From the NCBI GenBank assembly GCA_002269645.1, contig NIVC01000010.1, positions 1,488,001 to 1,552,000 of the forward strand: a stretch of DNA of 64,000 nucleotides, written 5' to 3'. Source of the stretch: Macrostomum lignano (Eukaryota). This document shows, piece after piece, positions 10,915-22,154 of the stretch. The translations under genes and the position numbers were made by a program. A model generated the notes under the pieces. It was not told where the DNA came from, ran no database searches, and worked only from the letters and a program-made list of their open reading frames with translations. Numbering within the stretch: the first letter of the stretch is position 1; every line of letters begins with the position of its first letter.

Positions 10915-11084
10915 CTAAAAATAAAATCGAGAGATAAGATAGTGAAAATCGAGAAACATAAACTGAGAGTCTCATGATTGCTTATAAATCCAGCTCAATT
11001 AGCTATTCATAATAATCGATGTCTGTATTCAGAATCGAGGAGGGTGTTTTTGGATGTATACAATCGATATAGGTGTGCAGAGGT

Positions 11085-11285
11085 GTGCGAAGTCGAGGTG
11101 GGGTGTCCAGAGTCGAGGTGTGGTGTCCAGAGTCGAGGTGGGGTGTCCGGAGTCGAAGAAGGGATGTGCAGAGTCGAGGAGGGGGTGTGCGGAGTCGAGG
11201 AGGGGGTGTGCGGAGTCGAGGAGGGGGTGTGAAGAGTCGAGGAGGGGGTGTGCAGAGTCGAGGACGGGGATGTGCAGAGTCAGGG
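11085..11285. repeat. G-rich 21-bp minisatellite (gagtcgaggagggggtgtgcg)
   Basis: About 9-10 degenerate tandem copies are directly visible. Confidence 0.9.
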
Positions 11286-12248
11286 TTGGTGTACGGACTC
11301 GGGTGGGCGGGTGTTATTACGCATTAATTAAAACTGAATTAGTTACACATTTCGAGTTGAAGGTTTAAAATTTTTCCACTTCAAATATTGGTAAGAAAAT
11401 AATTGATTTTTTACATTAACAGAGTGGCAAAACTCACCTGCTCCTTCACCTGCTCTTCGCCTAGAACATGTTGTAGGATCCTGCATGTTGCGACTGCCGG
11501 CTGCCAGGCAATGCTGATGCAGATTTGTCTGCTTCCAGCTTCGAATTGATCAATTTTAAGGCCAATGGCAATGCTTAGCTTAAAAAGGAATAATTAAGAA
11601 AAATGCAAAGTAGAGATCGAATCTAGTTAAGATGCTCTTATTCTATTCGCGATATTGAGACTTAGCAACGAGCACCAAGCTATAGAAAAGCAGCCCGCGG
11701 ATAGTAAAAACCTCAAAATCAAAACTAATAGTCGAGTAATGCGAATAGGTTGCCATGATGCGATAGCTTTTAGCATCAAATCCACCGATACGAGTTGATT
11801 TGCTATTTTACTGTCTAGTTTGCGTTTTTTTCTTGAAATAATTCAATGTTTATTATGAGAAAAAAACAATGCAAAAACAACGTGTATTTGGTATAAACGG
11901 CTTTGTAGCAAGAAAATAATTTAGAAGAAGAAACTTTTATTTAGCATTAAATTACAAACTTTCTGCATAGAAAGCAGTATAATTCATTATAAGCTACCAT
12001 GTACATTCTTGCTCTCCTAATAACTAAATATTGGTATCAAAGAGCCTCCAGCTTGATAAACTGCTTAGCCCAGCCCAACGAGATAAATCACAGGTAACAT
12101 GCACTGAAAAGATTAATTTAATTTAAGCAGTTTTTAACTTCTTTTAGAGCTCCTCCCCTTATCAAAAGTCCACTCATTTTTGTAGAACTTTTTTTGCGTG
12201 CTAAAAATTCGTTTCCCTTGCCAACAAAATACTCCAGGCTAAAGCAAA

Positions 12249-13232
12249 TTAAGAGTTACTCAAGCGAATACGGATCCCCCCTCCAAAGTCAATTGAGTAC
12301 TCGCCCACAACGCTACTCGGTAGGACGAATTGAAGGCAAACTGACGGTGCAGCCATCGGTTCAGCGGCTTGGACTCCTGCTGATTGTTGAACCACCGGTG
12401 GGGTAGCATGAGGTTCGACTCCTGCTGATTGTGGAAACTCTGGTACCACCGGTGGGGTAGCATGAGGTTCGAAATCTCGTAGGAGATCAGACAGGCTGGC
12501 ATCCGCCATCATTCCAGCCATATTTTTTCCAGCGACTGGAACAGCCCTGTGCGGTGGCTGCTGCTCGACCGTGGCTTTTTCGTTCGTCTCCTCCGGCTCC
12601 AACTCGTGCTCCTCAAAGAAAGCCGTGTCCAATTCTGGCGGAGCAACAAAATCAGCGGCAGCAGCATCATCGTCATGGCGATTTACCGGTGTCTGAAGAC
12701 TGAGAGCACCAGCCGCTGGAACGTCAACGCTGGCAGCTTGATGGTCGATGCCAGCAGGTCCAGGAGCAGCAGCTGGATGGTCGACGCTGGCAGGTCCAGG
12801 AAGGCTGGCAACATCAGCTGGATGCTGATCTGCAGCAGCAAGTGCAACGGAAATCAAATCAAAAGTACATGTAGTTGAAATTATTGCAGATTGATTTCGC
12901 ACACCTTGAATCGTCTGGCTCAGGGTGCTGACCGGGGCTCGATGACGCTCGATCATGTTGAGTTGCTCCTGGCGGTGGGCGGCCTCCAGTACAGTAAAGC
13001 GGGCTCGTTCGATGCTATCAGGCGAGCTCCAATTAATGATGGTGTGATTTTTATGGGCCCGAACTTGGCGGCGCACATTGAACAGCTCAGTTGTCTGGCA
13101 CTCGTGGCAAAGCAACCAGCGACTTATAATGCAGCTGTCTTTTTTGTTATGGAGCTTTAACCCACCGAGCTCACATGAATTGCAGCTGATGCACACCTCG
13201 TGCACGTAGGATGGACACCGAGATTTATTCAT
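12249..13232 (-). CDS. Polinton accessory ORF: Cys/His-rich N-terminus, low-complexity Ala/Pro/Glu C-terminus
   Basis: 327-aa ATG-started ORF next to the right TIR; C..HEVCISCNSC...LLCHEC...HKNH; internal duplication EPHATPPVV x2. Confidence 0.65.
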   Translation of the reverse strand: MNKSRCPSYVHEVCISCNSCELGGLKLHNKKDSCIISRWLLCHECQTTELFNVRRQVRAHKNHTIINWSSPDSIERARFTVLEAAHRQEQLNMIERHRAPVSTLSQTIQGVRNQSAIISTTCTFDLISVALAAADQHPADVASLPGPASVDHPAAAPGPAGIDHQAASVDVPAAGALSLQTPVNRHDDDAAAADFVAPPELDTAFFEEHELEPEETNEKATVEQQPPHRAVPVAGKNMAGMMADASLSDLLRDFEPHATPPVVPEFPQSAGVEPHATPPVVQQSAGVQAAEPMAAPSVCLQFVLPSSVVGEYSIDFGGGIRIRLSNS

Positions 13233-13772
13233 TATTTAAAAATCTATGAGAAATTTAGTTTAAAATAAAATTTAAATTTAAACTTCTCATATGCACATAT
13301 TTAGCCTCTTATATACCCACTTCAACCAAATCTGTGTTAATAAAAACATAGCCGCTATGTTTTCAGCTTTGCTATGTTTACAGTCAGCCACCCAATGTCC
13401 AATGATTTCATCAGCGCATCCAGGTATTGAGCCCTTGTTAAATTCCCGCACGCCCCGCTAAATTCTTTTGAATACGCCGCCAACTTTACCCCACCCAGTC
13501 GAGGGTGGCAATAAAACTACTGATAACTGAGCACTCTCTCCTTTCAGCAACAAAGCCGCCGCCGCCGCCAGCTCCCAGACAGCGGGAGAGAGAGAGGCTT
13601 GGCTACCACTATTTTTGTTTACAGAAGTTTGTTATTACCGATAAAATTATATAATAAAGTATTAGTATAATACTGAATACAATAAAATACCGCTGATATT
13701 TGCCAATCGTTCAACACAATTTCTAGAGATTCCCCTAGCTCGCCTCTGTGCATACTTGCGGATTCCCCCATG

Positions 13773-13927
13773 AGGTGCCTATGTACTCTCATTAGGAGTC
13801 TACGGAATTCCCATGGCTTTGCCTGCGGCAGAGTTGAGCTATGCAAACACATAGGCGCCCTTCTGATCCGGGCCCACGGAATTTCCGTGGCTTTCCCTGC
13901 GGCAGAGTTGTGTTATCCTCTACTACT
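13773..13927 (-). repeat. Polinton right TIR
   Basis: Reverse complement of 6080-6234. Confidence 0.95.
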
Positions 13928-14142
13928 CACGTTATTCGTCTTAAATAATTAAATTAAGCATAACAGTATTGCTTGCCAGTTCATCCCGCGAAAATAAATG
14001 TTAAAGCAGCGCGAAATAAATTTTTGGACTACGACTTCGACGTCGGCCCGACGTCCGACCAATAGGAAACACGTAATGTTACATAGACGTCGTACGACGT
14101 CGGTTCAGAGGTCGGTGCGACGTCGGATTGTTGTACGGGTTT

Positions 14143-15134
14143 GGTGAATGGGGCATTGAAAACCTCTAAATCAGCCAGAATAGGGTTGTCAAGGTGAAGA
14201 TTGTATGATAGTCTAATGCTGCTGTCTTGTTCAGTTACAAGATTTTGAAAGTGTATGACGAATTTTTCATCAATTGTTACTCTGTTGTTTGAGGGATTTG
14301 GTGTTTTTAATAAGTTCCAAACTTGAATAAAGGCCTGGTTGATCATGTTGTCTGCCCAGAGAGTTGTTTCAAATTTCCATGAAGTGAGCTTTTTTCGTAT
14401 GCTTTTTTGAGTTGTACTTTGCTTGAGAGGTTGTTGGGAGTAGGGAAGGTTTTATATCTTCTGCAGGCATGTCTAGCAGCGTTTCTTAAATCTTTAAGGA
14501 AGCGAGGCAGTGTTGAGCATAGTGGGTTCTTTATCTCTACTGTGATGTTGTTTTGAATTTGTCTAACTTTTCTACTTAATTCATTTATAAAAGCTGGGTT
14601 TTGTATGTCTAGATTTGTGATTTTGTCATTCATGTTTTTCAGGTCATTTGCGAAGTTATTGATATGTTTTTCTTGTTGCAGGTTGGGTTTGTGTGACTTT
14701 TTTAGGACTCTGTATCTCGTTTTCGAGTTATTGGTTGCTTGTTTAGTTTCTGTGATTTCCTCTGTGAATTCACTTGATAAGGAGAGCACTATTTGGTTGT
14801 GGTCGCTAAAGTAGGTGTGGTTCTTTACTTTAAAGTCTTCGAGGTGTTGGAGTAAGCTGGTAGAGACGAAACAGAGATCTATAACAGAGGAACCAGATTT
14901 TGAGAGAAAGGTGAATTCACCATTTGTGTCTGATAATGATCTACCATTGATTAGATGCAGGTTGTATGAGTCAGTAATCTGGTTAAGTAGTCTACCATTT
15001 TTGCAGGTTTTCTTGTCTTGGCTTTGTCTAGTAAGTGAGATGTTTTTTGCTCTGGTGGTATATATTGAGTTTAAATCTATGTAGGAGGTATTGTTTATAT
15101 GAGCATTGAAGTCTCCAATAAGGAAGATATTAGC
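14143..15134 (-). pseudogene. LINE APE endonuclease C-terminal half and linker
   Basis: Manual translation: IFLIGDFNAH...NGRLL...LINGR...GEFTF...GSSVIDLCFVS...FSDHNQIVL; continues through ORFs 14343-14789 and 14029-14346. Confidence 0.85.
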
Positions 15135-15236
15135 TGTTCATTGCCTTTTTGGCTGTTCAAATCGGTGCTGGTCTTTTCGATTTAAACAAAACTCGATCGA
15201 GACGCGGGGTTGCAAAATAAATGGGAGCTGCGGCTT

Positions 15237-15433
15237 CTGAGTTCCTCAGGCTCAGAGGAGGGTAGCTGTGGTCGTGGCTAAGCGGTCTAGTTAATCATGT
15301 CTTTCAGAATGCCGAATGCATAATATGTAGCCGCTACATGGATTATTTAAAATAAAGTAAAATTTGCAGAGCGTTGTAACTAAAAGTAGTAGTTCGCTGC
15401 CACCACCGTGGTAGTTCGCGGAGAGAATGCTCT
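15237..15433 (+). repeat. ~197-bp direct repeat, copy 1 (copy 2 at 21181-21378)
   Basis: ctgagttcctcaggctcag...gcggagagaatgctct is present twice with a few differences. Confidence 0.9.
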
Positions 15434-15882
15434 TGTTGTGCAATCGTGTTCTTTTTCGCCCTCCTGCCCCGCCCCAACCCTTACAGTCTGCGGCCCCACC
15501 CCTCCAATCAATAATACAATGCGTACGCCGATCACGCCACCTCGCACCACCTCCCCCTACCGTACCGTTTGTTCTAAAAGTATTTATGTACTCGTAGGTC
15601 AGATAATAAATATAATGAATTTGCTGTCTAGTGGGCAGCCGCGCCCTTGCGTTCTCATGGTCCTATCGTTGGCTACTTCAAAACAAAACCTACTTGTCTA
15701 CCAAAGCACATAGCAACTGCGAACTGTATCGGCTTTTGCGCGGAAGCTCGTGAGTTATGCTCTGTCGTTTTCCTGCTTCTCCCTGGGACACGGGACGGGA
15801 GCTCTAACTGGGGACCTGGGGGTCGCAGCTTCCCAACAGGGTTCAGCTGTAGGCGTCGCTCTGGAGGACGGGGCTCACAACA
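15434..15882 (+). repeat. Gypsy LTR (only copy in the window)
   Basis: Bounded by TGTTGTG...CACAACA inverted ends, with AATAAA at ~15604, and followed after 6 nt by the PBS. Confidence 0.75.
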
Positions 15883-15888
15883 ACTATA

Positions 15889-15906
15889 TGGTGCCGTGAC
15901 CAGGAT
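15889..15906 (+). promoter_or_regulatory. Primer-binding site, tRNA-His-like
   Basis: TGGTGCCGTGACCAGGAT is complementary to the usual eukaryotic tRNA-His 3' end (…GTCACGGCACCA). Confidence 0.8.
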
Positions 15907-16009
15907 TCCAGTTAGGGTTTCTGTTAGATTTCTGTCTGTGTTGTCTGGGGTAGTGCATTAGTGAATTAGTGATTTAGTACGCTAGTGAATTAGTTTTGTG
16001 CAAGCGATC

Positions 16010-19000
16010 ATGTCCAATTTAGACGATCTTATCGGTGCTTTGACAGCGAGAATCCAGGAGCAGTTAAACGTGGGTCAGTGCGTTCCCCGTCAAAATAAGT
16101 AGCTCGTATGTTCCGACTCAAGATCTTGCTTTGTGGTTGCAACAATTTACCACGTACTGCGAGGCTGCTCAGAACCCCGAGGATCAGCGGAAGCAGAACT
16201 TGCTGAGTCTGTTGGATTTTGGCTGGCTTTTAAAGCAGCGCGGCCAATCTTGAGCTGGATGATGACTTGGGATACGCAGAATTTGTGGAGTAGCTGGAGG
16301 CTCGCTTCAGCCAGAATCGCACACCCTAGCACTATAAGACAGAGTTTCAGAACCGAAGTCAGAGAGATGGAGAAGCGCTAGAGGACTACACTGACGCTCT
16401 CAGGGAGCTCATGCGTAGGGCTTATCCGGCTTTGCCAGCATGGAGCAGAGGGACGAATTAGCAAAAGACCGATTCTTGAAGGGGATCCGAGTGCCGGACA
16501 GGGTGCTTGAGAATGTCTTGCTGCACGACCCTGACACGCTGCAGGCCGTGATCTAGCAAGTGCGCCAGACTCTCGCATCGATGAAGCTGCTGGAGGGAAA
16601 GCGGTGAGTTCACGTGATGAACAGTCAGACGGCAGCTGCTGCAGCGGACAGTCAGACAGCTCGCATGGCTGCAGAGATCGCCAGCTTGAAGGCAGAGCTC
16701 GCGCAGCTGAAGCAAGGAGGGGCGTCGGCCTCGGCGGTGCAGCCGAATCCGCAGCAGCCGAGCCGCGCCTCAGGCGGGCAGAACCTGTGGAAGGTGCCTT
16801 CAGATGGGGCACTCGAGGCCGGACTGTAGGAAGCGGGTAGTTTGCCTTGCCTGCGGCCAGCAGGGCCACACTCGTTCCAGGTGCCAGAGTCACCAGGCTG
16901 CTCAAAATCAGGGAAACGGGATGGGGGCCCGGCCAGGCAAGCGTCCCGGGCCCCGTCTGCAGTGATTGAGGAAGCGCCAGGGCCCTCAACCCAGATCCAG
17001 GGCGTGCTTGGTGGAACCGGGCTGGGTTATATTGACGCGAAGTTTGAATATGGGCCCTTGGTTGCTTGCTTGCTGGACAGCGGGTCCACAGTGTCATTAC
17101 TTAGTAGTCATTTCCTAGAATCTGCCAAAATTAAGAACCAAATTATACATTGTAGTACTGATTTTTCAATTTACACAGCAAGTGGCGAGGCAATTCAAAT
17201 TTTAGGCCGAAATAATCAAAATTTTTCGAATGATGAGACGAAATTCGAGCACAAATTTTTAGTAGTCGATGAAATTTCACAGTCATGCATTTTGGGAACC
17301 GATTTTTTCATTAGACATTGCATGGCAATTGATTTCGCTAGACACTGCCTGCAGACGGAATCTTGTGTCTTTCCTTTCCATTTCTGTGCTGACAGACCTC
17401 TTGTGTGTCGAATCGTGCTGCGCCAGGCTATCCGGATGGATGTCGGTGAGGAGAAGCTGGTCCCAGTCTGCCTTCAGAGACGCGGGGTGAGGGGATTTTA
17501 GTTTCCTGGAATGGTGGAGTCCGAGCGTCGGGCAGCAGGTGATCATTTGCTGGCCAGATCGGTGCAGTTGCCTGATCAAGAGGGTCAGTTGTCTGTCAGG
17601 ATGCTGAACACATCGGAATGCAGTTTGTCGATGCGGCGGGGTACGCGAGTTGGCTGGTTTTCGCCGGTCTCTGCGCAGCAGCAAGCAGAGCTGCAGCTGA
17701 ATGCCATTCAGTCAGAAGGACAGCTGTGGAATCCCCTCAGCGAAGTCAAAGAGTGGGGTGCATGTGGCCTATCAGACGCAGAGGCAAGAGAGTTTGTATC
17801 CCTGTTTGCCAAAAATCGTGACGTCTTTGCCAAAGACAGCTCTGAACTCGGGCTCACGAATCTGATGGCGCACGAAATCGACATGGGTAATGCGAAGCCC
17901 GTGGCTGAACCCTTGAGCAGAATCTCGCCGCACTGGAGAAGTGAGGTTGATAAACAGGCTGATAAACTGCTGGCTGAAGCTAGGCCCCATCTATCCATGT
18001 CAGTCACCCTGGTCGAGCCCAGTGGTTCCGGTTAGAAAGTCGGATGGCAGTCTCAAAATGTGTCTGGATTACAGGCGCCTGAACAGCGTGACCGTGCCTG
18101 ATCCTCTGCCCCCGCCCAGAATGGATGAGACTCTTGATGCGCTCGGGGAAACTGCATCTTTTCCACGATGGACCTGGCATCCGGGTACCATCAGTGCCCA
18201 CTGGAGTCGAAAGACCAGTTAAAGACCGCTTTCGTGGTGCCGAATCGGGGACAGTTTGTGTGGAAGTGCATGAGTTTCGGGCTCAAAAATGCCCCGTCAA
18301 CTTTTACGAGACTCATGTCCATGGCACTGTCAGAAGTCAACTGGAAGGAATGCCTCGTCTACTTCGACGACATAGTTGTCTTCACCACGACTGTGCAGCA
18401 GAACTTCGAGCGAGCGCCTTGAGCATGTGTTCCAATGTCTCAGAAGAGCCAACATCAAGCTGGCCAGCAAAATGTGTCTTTCTGGCCAAAAAGATTAGCT
18501 TCTTAGGTCACGTGATCTCCAAGGATGGAATAGCGACGAACCCAGAAAAGTGTGCCGAAATCCAGGACTGGCCCAGGCCTTGCAGTGTGGCCAAAGTCCA
18601 ATCATTTGGGACTGTGCGTCTACTACAAAGCTTTCATTCCAAATTTTTCCGAGATTACCGCTCCGCTCTACAGACTTGTAGCGAACGATGCCGAGTTCAA
18701 ATGGAGTCCAGCCCAAGAGCAGTCGTTCAACAGTCTGAAAGCGGCTCTGTGTTCGCCAAGCGTTATGGCTTTTCCAGACTTCTCGCCAAACGCTGGTGAG
18801 TTTATTCTTGACACGGATGCCAGCTCTCGAATTGGGCTTGGTGCGCGGTGCTGTCGCAGCGCCAGTCGGACGGGTCTGCGAAGGTAATAGCCTATGGATC
18901 TCGAATGATCCAGGCAAGCGAGAAAAACTACTGCACCACCCGTCTCGAGCTGTTGGCAATTGTGCACTTTATCAAAAAGTACCGGTACTATCTACTCGGG

Positions 19001-20815
19001 AAAAAATTCACTGTGAGATCTGATCACAAAGCCCTGCAGTGGCTCGCAAGCATCCGTGATGTTGAGGGTCAATGTGCTCGATGGCTGGAGACACTGCAGA
19101 ACTATTACTTTGTTATAGAACACCGGGCCGGGAAAGATCACGGCAACGCAGACTCTTTGTCTCGGAAATACCGAAGGCACACAGGGCATGAGACTTGTCC
19201 CAGTTGCGCATCGGCTCAGCGCAGCAATGGTGTCAATGCGATATTTCGGAGTGTGCTACAGAAGGAAGATATACAGTCAGCTCAAGAAGCAGAGCCAAAG
19301 CTGAAGATCATCAATAATTTCTTGACAGATCATGTCGACGGGTCAACTCCACCGCAGGTGATTTGCTGGGAGGAGAGGTGTCTGTGGTCTCAGCGTCAGC
19401 TGATCAGGCTTGAAGCGCAGGTTCTGGTTTTTGAAGGCCCTGGGTCTGAGGTTCCGAAAATTATCTTGCCGCCGAGCTTGTTTTAGAAGGTCTTCAGTGA
19501 GCTGCATGACGGAGTCACAGGTGGTCACCTAGGGATCGAAAAGACCCTGAGAAGGTGGAGGCTAGATTTTGGTGGCCTGGAATTTCAAGAAAGATCGAGG
19601 AGTACTGTAGGAGCTGTGTGCATTGTGCCCGGTCAAAACCAGGCCAGGCCAATCGAGCTCCGCTGCACCCGATTGTGTCAGAAGCTCCGTTTCAGTGAAT
19701 AATGTGCGAAATCGTCGGACCATTGCCGCGATCTAGGAATGGGTCCAGATTCATTTTGACCATTCAGGACTCGTTCACTAAGAGGCCAGTTGCCGTGGCG
19801 CTTTCAAACCAGCGTGCGAGCACGGTGGCAAAGGCCATCTTCGACAATTGGATAGCGCAGTTTGGTTGCCCCGAATTCCTTGTGACGGACAAAGGCACCA
19901 ACTTTGAGTCACTGCTGGTAAAGCAGCTGTGTCAGCTGATGGCTGTTAAAAAGTGCCGAACAACGGCCTATCATCCCATCGCCGATGGCCAGGCAGAAAG
20001 CTATAACAAAACGCAAAAAAATATTATAAAATGCCGGCAGAGTGAGGCTGAGAGTGATTGGGAGGAGCTGATCGCTGCATCACTTCTCGCCTACCGCAGT
20101 AGTGTCCATCGTGGCACTGGGTACACTCCGTACTACATGTTGTACGCAAAAGAAATGCGCCTTCCAGTCGATATTGGGAACCTGCTGGAAGCAGTACCGG
20201 CTGATGCACCGGAGTACCTGTTGTCTCTGGGGCACAGGCTCGCGGAGGCACATTCACATGTAAAGCAAAATCTGCAACATTATCAGTGGAAACAGAAAAT
20301 CATATACGACTCAAGAGTTCGAGGTCCGAACATAGAGGTAGGAGATACAGTACTCGAATATTCACAGGCCCTGCAGCCGAACGAAGCGGAAAAATTTAAC
20401 AATTATTGGAAGGGCCCAGTCGAGGTGATAGAGAGGCTGTCGGACATTAACTTCAGAATTCGCCATCGGAACAGTAGGGAAGACAGAGTGGTGCACTATA
20501 ACAACCTTCGCAAAGTGCCTCAACGTCCCGTTGAGCTGCAGACTCCAAGACTGCAGCCAAAGCAAAAGCGCAGTAAACAGAAGGGGCAACGTGAATTTGT
20601 TGTCGTTGGCGAAGAGCCGCAAGAGTCGGAGGTCGGAGCCCGACTTGGATGGCGATGACTCACAGTTTGTCTATGTGCCAGCGGCGGTGCATCAAGATAT
20701 CCAAGCGCCGCAGGACCAACCGGTTCACGCTGCAGCACCTCCGGCTTCGCCACGCAGGCTTCGGCCTAGGAGAAACAATCCGCCTGCTCGCTACGGCGAC
20801 CCAGTACTGTACTAG
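16010..20815 (+). pseudogene. Gypsy/Ty3 gag-pol, multiply frameshifted
   Basis: gag WLQQFTTYC and a degenerate zinc knuckle; protease LLDSGSTVS; RT DLASGYHQ, FGLKNAP, YFDDIVV; RNase H DTDAS, DHKAL, NADSLSR; integrase H..GGHLG/C..C, TDKGTNF, ADGQAESYN. Domain order is PR-RT-RH-IN. Confidence 0.93.
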
Positions 20816-21180
20816 TTCCATGCATTCAAACTATCAATAAAAATTGTTAAAATCCAAAAAAAATACAAAACAGCACAAAAACAACAAAAAACAACACTTG
20901 CTCATAAAGTACATGCTTACAGTAAGCAAGCAGTTCAATTACAATACGCTTTTATATTATAGTTAGTATTAGTTTAGTTAGTTTAGTTTACAAGTAGTCG
21001 GGCTAGATCGGTTTGTCTTCGTTGGAGAGCTTAGCAGTGGGTGGCACCTGCTCGGGAAGCTGCACTCCCTGTTCCCATGTTGGGGTTCCTCGGCTCGTTC
21101 CTCGGGAGTCGTGGGGAGGGCCAGGCTCAAAGGACACCAAGGGCAAGGAGTTGAGCATCAAAGACTGGCAGGAGGAGTTC

Positions 21181-21378
21181 CTGAGTTCCTCAGGCTCAGG
21201 GGAGGGTAGCTGTGGTCGTGGCTAAGCGGTCTATAGTTAATCCCGTCTTTCAGAATGCCGAATGCATAATATGTAGCCGCTAGGGGATTATTTAAAATAA
21301 AGTAAAATTTGCAGAGCGTTGTATCTAAAAGTAGTATTTCACTGCCACCACCGCGGTAGTTCGCGGAGAGAATGCTCT
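21181..21378 (+). repeat. ~197-bp direct repeat, copy 2
   Basis: Matches 15237-15433; no LTR follows it. Confidence 0.9.
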
Positions 21379-21559
21379 AAAGCTCAATTGACTCGAATTC
21401 GCCCTAGAACTTCTCTTGAGTAAGACCACCGAGGGTCAAATGAATGGTTCCGAGGTCATGAAGGCTGAAGACCGTTAACACATTGCTCACGTCGCATGTA
21501 CAGCTTTGAAAAAGTCGAGAAAAAATAAAAAGTCGACATTTTTTTGTTTTTAAGTCCTC

Positions 21560-22090
21560 TTCTAACCGAACCATTGAACTTCCAGATGTGACAATTGTCC
21601 TTTGGTTACAGGACTTGGGGTGCGAAAAAGCTTGTGCTCAAGCCGTTGAACAGCAAAGATGGGCAGCGCTATACATGTAGATTCTCTGAGAAATCTGCAA
21701 GAGGCTACTGCTTCCTCTAAAAGTTCATAAAGAACTTAAGCGAGAAAGCAGGCCTCATCAAGAAGTACACTAACCACTGCATCGGGTAGGTTGAATTGTT
21801 TTGTCCTATAGAAATTGATATCCTGGCCGCTCTCCGGGTAATAATTGGCAGAAAGCTAAATTTAATGACTATACATATATATATATATATTTAAAAATTC
21901 CAGAGTTACCAGGGTATGCGACTTGCACGCATGTGGCCATTCTGTCCAGGATATCATGCTTATCACAGGGCAAAAGTGTGAGCGAACCGGCCGTCAGGCG
22001 CTATCTGTCGAGGCGTCGTGACAGGACTTTGTACAAGTGTTGTTGACCGTGGAAGAGGCACTGAATCGTGATCGAAGGTCTCTGGATCTG
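21560..22090 (+). pseudogene. Crypton-like tyrosine recombinase (DUF3504-type) remnant, copy A
   Basis: SFGYR...KFIKNLSEKAGLIKKYTNHCI | gtaggt intron ttccag | VTRVCDLHACGHSVQDIMLITGQK...(frameshift) AVRRYL matches the YR motifs R, HxxR, TG(H)xS and Y. Confidence 0.7.
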
Positions 22091-22154
22091 ATGGGACTTG
22101 TTTTCACATGGAAATTCACTTGTAACTTGTCACTGATCCCACTTGTAGCTACTA

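Larger units (their letters stand above)
6080..13927. mobile_element. Polinton/Maverick (adintovirus-like) element, internally deleted
   Basis: Termini AGTAGTAGAGG...CCTCTACTACT; 155-bp TIRs; 6-bp TSD CACGTT (6074-6079, 13928-13933); contains a chromodomain DDE integrase, minor capsid and partial major capsid. Confidence 0.95.
5946..14139. mobile_element. Non-autonomous DNA transposon (MITE, ~340 bp without the Polinton); CCCGTA termini, 3-bp TSD TTT; probably CMC/EnSpm-like
   Basis: cccgtacaacaatccgacg... (5946) and ...cgtcggattgttgtacggg (14139) form ~110-bp imperfect TIRs rich in CGACGT subterminal repeats. TTT occurs at 5943-5945 and 14140-14142, and removing the element restores the LINE frame. 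The superfamily call is an inference. Confidence 0.85.
3546..15136 (-). mobile_element. Non-LTR retrotransposon (APE endonuclease + RT + C-terminal CCHC), 5'-truncated, split at 5943-14142 by nested insertions
   Basis: The ORF2 frame rejoins across the insertion (FNAPFT-K-EEVIKHIKKLK). APE motifs GDFN (~15100-15125), VID and SDH; RT motifs NYRGI, DYEKAFDS, FADD; C-terminal CKMC...HYLTEC. A (TAG)n run at 3546-3560 fits a short-repeat 3' tail. Confidence 0.85.
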
